From contig NC_043002.1 in assembly GCF_006345805.1 (NCBI RefSeq), positions 97,092,001 to 97,156,000 on the forward strand: a stretch of 64,000 nucleotides of DNA, given 5' to 3'. Position numbers and translations under genes: made by a program. This document shows, piece by piece, positions 38,788 to 49,444 of this stretch (its first letter is position 1; each line of letters begins with the position of its first letter). The notes beneath the pieces were generated by a model that worked only from the letters and a program-made list of their open reading frames with translations, did not search any database and was not told the DNA's origin. Source of the DNA: Octopus sinensis (Eukaryota).

Positions 38788-38952
38788 GCAGATATGGTTG
38801 TATGCTGAAGAAGGTCGCTTTGCAACCGTGTGGCTCCATCTTCAGTCTCACTGTGCGACACCTTGAGTGAATGTCTTCTGCTACAGCTTCAAACCGATCA
38901 GTACCTTGTGAGTGTATTTGGTAGACGGAAACTATGTAGAAGCCCGTCCTGT
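38788..38952 (+). mobile_element. SINE family B, diverged 5' half
   Basis: ...CCTTGTGAGTGTATTTGGTAGACGGAAAC...AGAAGCCCGTC. Confidence 0.6.
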
Positions 38953-39603
38953 ATACATGTATGTTTATAGAGTATAAAGTAAACGAAAACACAACGAGAG
39001 TTGCGAAAGAAGAAACATTTCTTCCCTCTCATTATATAGTTATACATGTATATACAGAGGCATACACACACACATACACACACATATTCTTATATGCGTA
39101 TATATGTACATATACGCGTATGTACACAGGTATAGATACATGTGTACGTGGACACAGATTGCCTATAATAATTGAACTTCAATTAATGCTTCAAATTATT
39201 TTTCGAAAATAAAAATAACGAGACATTATCACATACATCCATGCATGATTAAAATTATTTGGTATCATTCGATATGTCCCATTCATCCTTTGAACTGTGG
39301 TAATGGTGTTTATTACAAGAACTTACTTAGCAATTTTATGGTTACTTATATTATGGTTTATGTAATTCATTCCGATATCTTTGTAAATGAACGTGCGTTT
39401 GCGCCTACATATGTCTGTGTGTACGAGTGTTTGTTTGTATATGTGCGCCGCATGCATTTCTGTAAATATGTAGATATGTGTATATATTTGTTTCTGCGTG
39501 TGTGTGTGTGTGTGTGTATGTTTACGAATACATAAATATATACATGTGTATGTGTGTAGATACATATATGTAAATGTATGTATATATATGTATATATATA
39601 TAG

Positions 39604-39644
<41 letters not shown>

Positions 39645-39661
39645 TATATATATACACAGAC

Positions 39662-39716
<55 letters not shown>

Positions 39717-40086
39717 ATACATATAGTTAAATATATGTAAGTCTATTTATACGTATATACAGATATACGTATATATGTATGTACATATTATATGTTTTTT
39801 AATGGCTATTGTCAGTTTATAGTCTAACCACTTTCCTCATATTTAAATGATGATTCTGAAAATTATTATCAACAACTTGAATGCCATGCCAAGTAATTCT
39901 TTCATATACATTATATTTTTTCAATTTATTTCATTCATTTGAATTTAATTTATATCATTATATCTATAATATTGATAAACGTTTTTATTAGGTTCCAATT
40001 TCCTCTCTATTCCCCAATTATATATATATATATATATATATATGCAGAGAAAGAGAGAGGGATAAAGAGACAGACAGACAGACCGG

Positions 40087-40203
<117 letters not shown>

Positions 40204-41082
40204 GGGTATGCATGTATGTAAATATTTTTCTATACATACATATGTATTTATATATTAAAAATGGCGTATTTTGGTCTCCTCTTCTGATATTCTTTACCAA
40301 CATTTGACATTCCCATTGCTATGATTAGTGATAGCCCAACCAATTTCAATCTGTTGTCTGTTTCTTTTCATTTTTATTTTCTCTCTCGTTCTAAATGTCA
40401 TCTATTTTAGCACCATTCCGTTTCTTTTCCCACCCCAATTCCCTTCACACACAAAAATTCAAAAGTATATTAAACAGTATTGGATAATCATATTTTATTC
40501 ACCACTCAATCCACATCATCACTCCCACATATAAACCCTGAATTTAATCATTCCGTCTGGATTCTAATGATTTTCCAAATTCGAAAGAAACATGACTGGT
40601 CTTTGGAGTATTATAAAATTTTCGCAATATCAATTTGAATAACTTTACTTCGATATATGGTAGATATAATCTGTGAAAGGATTAAGGAAACAGTTTTCTT
40701 ACCTTTAATGGCGATATTCATTGGAACACTAATTTTCAGCACAGTTACTATCGTTATCTATATTAATAGTAATGCGATTGTGAATATCTCGAAATAAGCT
40801 TTGTACTAATTTCCTGTTATATCTTGAATCCCATTAGATATCCTCAATTGCATTTATTTGAATAAAAATTTGTTTTTACTATGGCTATAAAATAAATTAA
40901 CAGTAACAATTAATATAGTTTTAATTAATAGCTATTTTATAATCAATATCTTCATGACGACGCTAATATTCAGCGTCAAGCTTAGCAAGTTCCTTTAAAG
41001 ATTAATTCTACCATATATAGAGCTAAAAGTTTTGAAAGTACAAATTTAAATGAGAAGAAGGATTTTAAAAATGCGCATGTAC

Positions 41083-41202
41083 TATATATATATATATATA
41101 TACATATACGTTATGGCTATGTGCTTACGGCCATTTGCTAAGCGCTTTACTGGTGCGAAACGAATGGTCACTCTTTGACCGGCCATAACAATCATCTTAC
41201 CA

Positions 41203-41290
<88 letters not shown>

Positions 41291-41535
41291 TAATATATGT
41301 GTGTGGTGTGTGTATATGTATACATATATATACATATATACATATATACATATATATACATGCATATATATATACATACATGCATATATGTTTATATATA
41401 TATATATATTAATATATATATACATATATATGCATATATATACATTTATATATATTATATATATTATATATATATATATATACTTATATATATATATATA
41501 CTTATATATGCATATATATACATATATGCATACAT
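41083..41535. repeat. Interrupted (TA)n-rich tract
   Basis: Direct reading. Confidence 0.9.
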
Positions 41536-42114
41536 GTGTGTTTGCGTGTATGTATAAAGAGAAAGGAACAAAGACAGGCAGAAAATGTAAAAGTCATAGA
41601 ATGAGGTTATGTTAAATATGCATTGCTCCAATATTATATTCATTACTAAAGTGATTCATAAAGCAGCGAGAATGTAACAAATATAACTGTATAAATATCC
41701 CTGATATGTAAACAACTAAACAGTTGCTACATGTTCAAATCTGCTGTTGAACAATAAACCGATCAGTATGCAGAATATTTTAGTGCAGTCTCACTGTCAT
41801 GGAGGAGTCGCCGTCTAGTTAACATGATAAGGATTTTCCAACTAGACACAGGTAATATGATATTATACGCAAATATAACCGATGTGTATTGTTTATCTTT
41901 GTTAGTATCTAAATTCTGTTTTTTTTTTTTTTCTTCCAAGTTTTATTCTGATCAATTTTGGCTCTCGAACATTCTCGAAGAATATTGTTTATACAAAATG
42001 AATCATATTATATTATCTTCTCAAACCTCAATTATATACATAATTTTAGATTTTGAATTCCATCTTAATATTTCACACAAGGATACTTTTTTTTTTTTTT
42101 TGGAATATTAACTG

Positions 42115-42120
42115 TTTATT
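42115..42120 (-). terminator. Candidate polyadenylation signal of the GTPase gene
   Basis: AATAAA on minus, 430 nt after the stop codon, followed 13 nt later by A15; chance occurrence is possible in AT-rich DNA. Confidence 0.35.
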
Positions 42121-42549
42121 TGGTAGCCCATATTTATATAAATTTTAAAATGAAAGTGAAAATGTATAAAATATTCATTAGACGAAATATATGTAATGTT
42201 CAAAGAGCGTATTTTCGAGTTTTGTACCCAAAATTTACTGTGGAGACTCGAAATTAGAACCATTTCTGTTGATAAAAGAGGCAAAAATCTGTGATGTGAA
42301 AAGATTGGGTTTATAGAAAAAAGTGTCCCGAAATATTTTGTAGATAGAAAATAGCACGTTAACATGTGTGTAGACAATAACATTTACAATAACATCTATT
42401 GTAACAGCTGAAACTAATATAACATCATCTCGTTTGTAAAGTTGAACTTAAAAGTTTACAAAAGTGCAAGAACCAGAGTAAAAGTGGTTGAGGCTTTACT
42501 GATCCAATCTCAAAAGAAGGCGGAAATAACTTGCAATGATGAGAGTAGT

Positions 42550-43257
42550 TCAAGATATACCACAATCATTTTTACCGGGGCGTCCAGATCTTTTGATCTT
42601 CGGTTTACTACCCCTTCTAATTAAGCTTCGACTTCTAAGAAATTTTTTTTTCTCCTCATCTGTGTCGCCTTGTTCTTCTGCAGTGTGATCCAATGACAAA
42701 CGGCGTTTCAGGAACGGTTCCAACTGCCTAACAGAAGGAATATTTGCTTGAATTAAAAGGATACGGAATATATCATTTATACATTCGCCAGTCTTAGCAG
42801 AAACTTCAACAAATTTTCCTTTGAGCCCATCATTATTGACCCAGTCCAATGCGTCAAATTTTTCGATAATACGGTCATTTTCTAAATCAACTTTATTGCC
42901 AACAATGACCACAGGGATCTTTTCATAATCTCGCCTCTCCTCCTTAATTTGATCCCAAAGTTGTTTGACTTCTTTATATGAGGCTTCGTTAGTTATCGTA
43001 TATACCAAAGTAAAAGCATGTGCCGTAGAAATGGATAAACGCCGCATAGCAGGAAATGGAATGTTTCCAGCCGTGTCTAAAATATCAACTTTAATAAGGC
43101 TACCACTGATATCGTACTGTCGGCAGAACAAATCTTCAACAGTTTCGTGGTATTCGGATGTAAAGGCCCCGAACAGAAATCGTTTAATGATGCTACTTTT
43201 ACCCACCCCACCGGCTCCTAGAACCACAACACGGTGCCGTTGGTCAGTGTCATTCAT
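42550..43257 (-). CDS. RASD/DIRAS-like (Rhes/Dexras-type) small GTPase, 235 aa, intronless CDS
   Basis: G1 GAGGVGKS, G2 ETVED, G3 DTAGN followed by PFPAMRRLSI (RASD/DIRAS signature, Q61 replaced), G4 NKVD, G5 SAK, polybasic tail and CaaX CGIS; intact ORF. Exact orthology is not resolvable by eye. Confidence 0.93.
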   Translation of the reverse strand: MNDTDQRHRVVVLGAGGVGKSSIIKRFLFGAFTSEYHETVEDLFCRQYDISGSLIKVDILDTAGNIPFPAMRRLSISTAHAFTLVYTITNEASYKEVKQLWDQIKEERRDYEKIPVVIVGNKVDLENDRIIEKFDALDWVNNDGLKGKFVEVSAKTGECINDIFRILLIQANIPSVRQLEPFLKRRLSLDHTAEEQGDTDEEKKKFLRSRSLIRRGSKPKIKRSGRPGKNDCGIS

Positions 43258-43432
43258 ATTGTAAATAAATGTTTGTTTAATTCAAAACATGAAACCATCA
43301 AGCATTGGTCGACACACTTATCCTTCAGTTGGTAGATAGTTAAATCTTGTTCCTCATAAAACAATTAATACTGCAGATGAAACTCTGAATTTTCTTTTCT
43401 GTTTCCCTTTATGATATTCCAAACGCACAAAT

Positions 43433-43456
43433 CTGTTAAAAAATAAAATAAAATAT
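43433..43456 (-). promoter_or_regulatory. Candidate 3' splice acceptor of a 5'-UTR intron of the GTPase gene
   Basis: Minus strand TTTTATTTTATTTTTTAACAG|AT, 175 nt upstream of the ATG. Confidence 0.45.
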
Positions 43457-43652
43457 CATTACTTTAAATATTAACAAATATAGATAAAATATCCACACTT
43501 ATTACATCAATATCACAGAATTGGCAGAGTAGTATTAAAGGTACTTTAATGGTAGTAGAATATAAAAGGTAACTTTCAAATTATTCTTGGCTGATATAGA
43601 TTTGTGTTTCCATACATCATTTTATAAGCATATATATATATATATATATTTG

Positions 43653-43693
<41 letters not shown>

Positions 43694-43917
43694 ATTTCGT
43701 GAAATATTTAAGATGTGTCTATCTGCTGAAACCTCATTATATTTAAAAGATATTCTATTATTCTTGAAAAGCTTGTTATTTTTAATGATGTTGAAACAGC
43801 TGTGATTTAAGAGATGTGTCATTTGTTTGTATAGAATGATGAAATTGTATTCAATTTAGCATATAATGATTAGATTATTTAATTGTTCAATTCATTGTTT
43901 TGGTTTCCATTTCGAAT

Positions 43918-43946
43918 TATATATATATATATATATGCATACTTAT

Positions 43947-43995
<49 letters not shown>

Positions 43996-44006
43996 TATAT
44001 ATATAT
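43918..44006. repeat. (TA)n microsatellite, left flank of the ribozyme array
   Basis: Direct reading. Confidence 0.95.
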
Positions 44007-44258
44007 AAGTTTAACATTAAGGATAATCTCTTAATAAGGGATCTTAACAAGAAATTATCGGGTAGCTAGCGTGAAAACCTCATAAAAGAAAAGAATCCGA
44101 AAATAATTTTTTTCTTTTGAACAAATTAATTATATCTATATTGTATAGAGGGCATTATTACACATAAATGCCTCACACTAGGAGGGACAAAGTCATTACT
44201 ACCAAAAATTATACTAATCATACCCAAATGCAGTTTTTCAAAGCAAGACATTAAAAAT

Positions 44259-44327
44259 GAATTATGTTCTGTATCACCGTGATTTCACATACAACTTGCG
44301 TCTAATGATCGTCAGCAGAACTGATTC
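44259..44327 (-). ncRNA. Type I hammerhead ribozyme, copy L1 (predicted cleavage 3' of 44272 on minus)
   Basis: GAAU-CA-GUUCUG CUGACGA UCAU UA GAC GCAA GUU GU AUGU GAAA UCAC G GUGA UA CAGAAC AUA AUUC. Confidence 0.8.
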
Positions 44328-44736
44328 TGAATACATCATAAATAAACTACCAACCTTACGTAGCGGAGACGAACAGACAACTGCTCACTCCGGCCAAGCA
44401 CATGGAATGTTTATAAATCATATATCCGGTAAATGGCGGGCTTTTTACGAACTGCATGTCGGGTAATGAAAAGTATTTCGGAATAAGTTTAACAATTAAG
44501 GATAATCTCTTAATAAGGGATCTTAACAAGAAATTATCGGGTAGCTAGCGTGAAAACCTCATAAAAGAAAAGAATCCGAAAATAATTTTTTCTTTTGAAC
44601 AAATTAATTATATCTATATTGTATAGAGGGCATTATTACACATAAATGCCTCACACTAGGAGGGACAAAGTCATTACTACCAAAAATTATACTAATCATA
44701 CCCAAATGCAGTTTTTCAAAGCAAGACATTAAAAAT

Positions 44737-44805
44737 GAATTATGTTCTGTATCACCGTGATTTCACATACAACTTGCGTCTAATGATCGTCAGCAGAACT
44801 GATTC
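44737..44805 (-). ncRNA. Type I hammerhead ribozyme, copy L2 (predicted cleavage 3' of 44750 on minus)
   Basis: Identical to L1, 478 bp away. Confidence 0.8.
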
Positions 44806-45488
44806 TGAATACATCATAAATAAACTACCAACCTTACGTAGCGGAGACGAACAGACAACTGCTCACTCCGGCCAAGCACATGGAATGTTTATAAATCATA
44901 TATCCGGTAAATGGCGGGCTTTTTACGAACTGCATGTCGGGTAATGAAAAGTATTTCGGAATAAGTTTAACAATTAAGGATAATCTCTTAATAAGGGATC
45001 TTAACAAGAAATTATCGGGTAGCTAGCGTGAAAACCTCATAAAAGAAAAGAATCCGAAAATAATTTTTTTCTTTTGAACAAATTAATTATATCTATATTG
45101 TATAGAGGGCATTATTACACATAAATGCCTCACACTAGGAGGGACAAAGTCATTACTACCAAAAATTATACTAATTTGTAATAATGCCCTCTATACAATA
45201 TAGATATAATTAATTTGTTCAAAAGAAAAAAATATTTTCGGATTCTTTTCTTTATGAGGTTTTCACGCTAGCTACCCGATAATTTCTTGTTAAGATCCCT
45301 TATTAAGAGATTATCCTTAATTGTTAAACTTATTCCGAAATACTTTTCATTACCCGACATGCAGTTCGTAAAAAGCCCGCCATTTACCGGATATATGATT
45401 TATAAACATTCCATGTGCTTGGCCGGAGTGAGCAGTTGTCTGTTCGTCTCCGCTACGTAAGGTTGGTAGTTTATTTATGATGTATTCA

Positions 45489-45557
45489 GAATCAGTTCTG
45501 CTGACGATCATTAGACGCAAGTTGTATGTGAAATCACGGTGATACAGAACATAATTC
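45489..45557 (+). ncRNA. Type I hammerhead ribozyme, copy R1 (predicted cleavage after 45544)
   Basis: Stem I 45495-45500/45545-45550, core CTGACGA 45501-45507, GAAA 45530-45533, AUA triplet 45542-45544. Confidence 0.8.
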
Positions 45558-45966
45558 ATTTTTAAATGTCTTGCTTTGAAAAACTGCATTTGGGTATGAT
45601 TAGTATAATTTTTGGTAGTAATGACTTTGTCCCTCCTAGTGTGAGGCATTTATGTGTAATAATGCCCTCTATACAATATAGATATAATTAATTTGTTCAA
45701 AAGAAAAAAATATTTTCGGATTCTTTTCTTTATGAGGTTTTCACGCTAGCTACCCGATAATTTCTTGTTAAGATCCCTTATTAAGAGATTATCCTTAATT
45801 GTTAAACTTATTCCGAAATACTTTTCATTACCCGACATGCAGTTCGTAAAAAGCCCGCCATTTACCGGATATATGATTTATAAACATTCCATGTGCTTGG
45901 CCGGAGTGAGCAGTTGTCTGTTCGTCTCCGCTACGTAAGGTTGGTAGTTTATTTATGATGTATTCA

Positions 45967-46035
45967 GAATCAGTTCTGCTGACGATCATTAGACGCAAGT
46001 TGTATGTGAAATCACGGTGATACAGAACATAATTC
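45967..46035 (+). ncRNA. Type I hammerhead ribozyme, copy R2 (predicted cleavage after 46022)
   Basis: Identical to R1, +478. Confidence 0.8.
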
Positions 46036-46445
46036 ATTTTTAAATGTCTTGCTTTGAAAAACTGCATTTGGGTATGATTAGTATAATTTTTGGTAGTAAT
46101 GACTTTGTCCCTCCTAGTGTGAGGCATTTATGTGTAATAATGCCCTCTATACAATATAGATATAATTAATTTGTTCAAAAGAAAAAAATTATTTTCGGAT
46201 TCTTTTCTTTTATGAGGTTTTCACGCTAGCTACCCGATAATTTCTTGTTAAGATCCCTTATTAAGAGATTATCCTTAATTGTTAAACTTATTCCGAAATA
46301 CTTTTCATTACCCGACATGCAGTTCGTAAAAAGCCCGCCATTTACCGGATATATGATTTATAAACATTCCATGTGCTTGGCCGGAGTGAGCAGTTGTCTG
46401 TTCGTCTCCGCTACGTAAGTTGGTAGTTTATTTATGATGTATTCA

Positions 46446-46514
46446 GAATCAGTTCTGCTGACGATCATTAGACGCAAGTTGTATGTGAAATCACGGTGAT
46501 ACAGAACATAATTC
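46446..46514 (+). ncRNA. Type I hammerhead ribozyme, copy R3 (predicted cleavage after 46501)
   Basis: Identical to R1, +479 from R2. Confidence 0.8.
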
Positions 46515-46923
46515 ATTTTTAAATGTCTTGCTTTGAAAAACTGCATTTGGGTATGATTAGTATAATTTTTGGTAGTAATGACTTTGTCCCTCCTAGTGTG
46601 AGGCATTTATGTGTAATAATGCCCTCTATACAATATAGATATAATTAATTTGTTCAAAAGAAAAAAATTATTTTCGGATTCTTTTCTTTTGAGGTTTTCA
46701 CGCTAGCTACCCGATAATTTCTTGTTAAGATCCCTTATTAAGAGATTATCCTTAATTGTTAAACTTATTCCGAAATACTTTTCATTACCCGACATGCAGT
46801 TCGTAAAAAGCCCGCCATTTACCGGATATATGATTTATAAACATTCCATGTGCTTGGCCGGAGTGAGCAGTTGTCTGTTCGTCTCCGCTACGTAAGGTTG
46901 GTAGTTTATTTATGATGTATTCA

Positions 46924-46992
46924 GAATCAGTTCTGCTGACGATCATTAGACGCAAGTTGTATGTGAAATCACGGTGATACAGAACATAATTC
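46924..46992 (+). ncRNA. Type I hammerhead ribozyme, copy R4 (predicted cleavage after 46979)
   Basis: Identical to R1, +478 from R3. Confidence 0.8.
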
Positions 46993-47403
46993 ATTTTTAA
47001 ATGTCTTGCTTTGAAAAACTGCATTTGGGTATGATTAGTATAATTTTTGGTAGTAATGACTTTGTCCCTCCTAGTGTGAGGCATTTATGTGTAATAATGC
47101 CCTCTATACAATATAGATATAATTAATTTGTTCAAAAGAAAAAAATTATTTTCGGATTCTTTTCTTTTATGAGGTTTTCACGCTAGCTACCCGATAATTT
47201 CTTGTTAAGATCCCTTATTAAGAGATTATCCTTAATTGTTAAACTTATTCCGAAATACTTTTCATTACCCGACATGCAGTTCGTAAAAAGCCCGCCATTT
47301 ACCGGATATATGATTTATAAACATTCCATGTGCTTGGCCGGAGTGAGCAGTTGTCTGTTCGTCTCCGCTACGTAAGGTTGGTAGTTTATTTATGATGTAT
47401 TCA

Positions 47404-47472
47404 GAATCAGTTCTGCTGACGATCATTAGACGCAAGTTGTATGTGAAATCACGGTGATACAGAACATAATTC
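47404..47472 (+). ncRNA. Type I hammerhead ribozyme, copy R5 (predicted cleavage after 47459)
   Basis: Identical to R1, +480 from R4. Confidence 0.8.
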
Positions 47473-47594
47473 ATTTTTAAATGTCTTGCTTTGAAAAACT
47501 GCATTTGGGTATGATTAGTATAATTTTTGGTAGTAATGACTTTGTCCCTCCTAGTGTGAGGCATTTATGTGTAATAATGCCCTCTATACAATAT

Positions 47595-47634
<40 letters not shown>

Positions 47635-48007
47635 TATTGTATATGAGGTGATACAATATACTAAAGATGCTACGGTACATAATTAGCTTTTTAAAAATTT
47701 TATTGTGTAAAAAAACGAGATTTTAAATTTTTGAGAAACAAGGATAAATACATTTATTGTACGACCTTTCCGGTTTCGCATTTGTGCCTTATTTAACACA
47801 CTCACCGGTTCGATTTCCACTCATTTACTTAATTATTTTCTCTGAAATTTTCCTTGCGTCTTGCAACCTTTTCAATAGAAGTATGTATATTGGGAAACGT
47901 TTTCAATATGCAAATGAAGTTTCTATTCCATTATGCCGGCCTTCGTCTAATGATGTTGACTAGTGAACCAGTTTATAAGCGTTGTACCGATATAACGTAC
48001 GATGAAT

Positions 48008-48397
48008 GGATGGAAGCACTCCGTCGGTTACGACGATGAGGGTTCCGGTTGATCCGAATCAACAGAACAGCCTGCTCGTAAAATTAACGTGTAAGTGGCT
48101 GAGCACTCCACAGACACGTGTACCCTTAACGTAGTTCTCGGGGATATTCAGCGTGACACAGAGAGTGACAAGGCCGGCCCTTTGAAATACAGGTACAACA
48201 GAAACAGGAAGTAAGAGTGAGAGAAAGTTGTGGTGAAAGAGTACAGCAGGGATCACCACCATCCCTGCCGGAGCCTCGTGGAGCTTTAGGTGTTTTCGCT
48301 CAATAAACACTCACAACGCCCGGTCTGGGAATCGAAACCGCGATCCTACGACCGCGAGTCCGCTGCCCTAACCACTGGGCCATTGCGCCTCCACAAT
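48008..48397 (-). mobile_element. tRNA-derived SINE family A, full length
   Basis: Head GGAGGCGCAATGGCCCAGTGGTTAGGGCAGCG...GGTTTCGATTCCC (A and B boxes); 11-bp TSD GTACGATGAAT at 47997-48007 and 48398-48408. Confidence 0.9.
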
Positions 48398-48739
48398 GTA
48401 CGATGAATATAATAATAATAACAACAATCCTTGGAGGGAATTTGAAACCTAGTGGAACCCTTCCCACTCTAGACAACTGATTTCTTCCGGGGGTGGGGAA
48501 GAGGGAGAGAAAGAAAGAAAAAAACCAAAAAAACCAACAAGCAAACAAATGAGCAGACAGGCAGATACACCGATACACTGGTTCATTATCAACCCTTCTG
48601 GGCGGAAAAACTTAAATGTGTACAAAAATCCTCATTTCTCTTGTTAATGAAATATTAAAATAATTTCAATCGGATTCGCTTTCACATGTTGAAATAATTT
48701 TAATGTGATTGCCAATTCTCTGTATGTCAAATACTGTCT

Positions 48740-49060
48740 TTGTTTTCGTATGCTCTATCCAGCCTATAGTCCAGACGTTGCTCAAACTAACTACCGTCTC
48801 TTCCGATCAATGCAACACTTTATGAAAGGTCAGCAATTTGAGTCATTCGATGATGTTGAAGAAGCCTGTCAAGAATTTTTCCATTCAAAGCCGACGGATT
48901 GGTACTTTGACCAAATTCGAAAGATTGCAGATCGTTAGGAGAAGGTCGTGAAAAATGATGGTCGTTATTTTGAAGAATAGTTGTTGTTTTTGAATAAATT
49001 CTTGCATTAAAAAATCACTATTTTCACACGGCGCACGAACCTTTTCCTCAACCTAGTATA
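48740..49060 (+). mobile_element. Mariner transposon 3' remnant
   Basis: YSPDVAQTNYRLFRSMQHF...FFHSKP..WY...IRKIADR*EKVVKNDGRYF (YSPDL(x)5D region); TIR-like GAACCTTTTCCTCAACCTAG followed by TA. Confidence 0.85.
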
Positions 49061-49093
49061 TATTGATTTATATCGATCGATCAAGCAATAGAT

Positions 49094-49381
49094 ATGCATA
49101 CATACATACATACACATACATACATACATACATACATGCATACATACACGCATGCATACATACATACATGCATACATACATACATACATGCATACATACA
49201 TACATACATACACATACATACATGCATACATACATACATACATGCATACATACATACATACATACATACATACATACATACATACATGCATACATACATA
49301 CATACATACATACATACATACATACATACATACATACATACATACAAACATACATACATACATACGTATATACATACATAC
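49094..49381. repeat. (CATA)n microsatellite
   Basis: Direct reading. Confidence 0.97.
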
Positions 49382-49444
49382 AAAATAGAAAGCTCTGCAA
49401 AAAATCTAATTAATTTAGAGAATTGAATTATATTTTCACATTAT

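Larger units (their letters stand above)
44007..47600. mobile_element. Retrozyme-like tandem array: ~7.5 copies of a 478-480-bp unit in two divergent arms (44007-45175 RNA-sense minus; 45177-47600 RNA-sense plus)
   Basis: Near-identical units readable directly; one hammerhead per unit; inversion point at ~45176; (TA)n on both sides. Confidence 0.85.

Noticed and set aside
44007-45175. Second, opposite-polarity ribozyme in the unit (viroid-like ambisense pair)
   Set aside because: By eye there is no CUGANGA core on the other strand. Other ribozyme classes were not excluded computationally.
45419-45453. Possible Pol III A box (TGGCCGGAGTGA) and B box (GTTCGTCTCC) in the array unit
   Set aside because: Both are imperfect and only ~12 nt apart, too close for a type 2 promoter.
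44007-47600. CRISPR-like or simple satellite interpretation of the array
   Set aside because: The units are fully repeated with no unique spacers, the DNA is eukaryotic and there are no cas genes. The per-unit ribozyme and junctions explain it better.
48330-48392. tRNA genes at the SINE heads (also ~52310-52375)
   Set aside because: They have A and B boxes but no complete cloverleaf, continue into SINE bodies and are flanked by TSDs.
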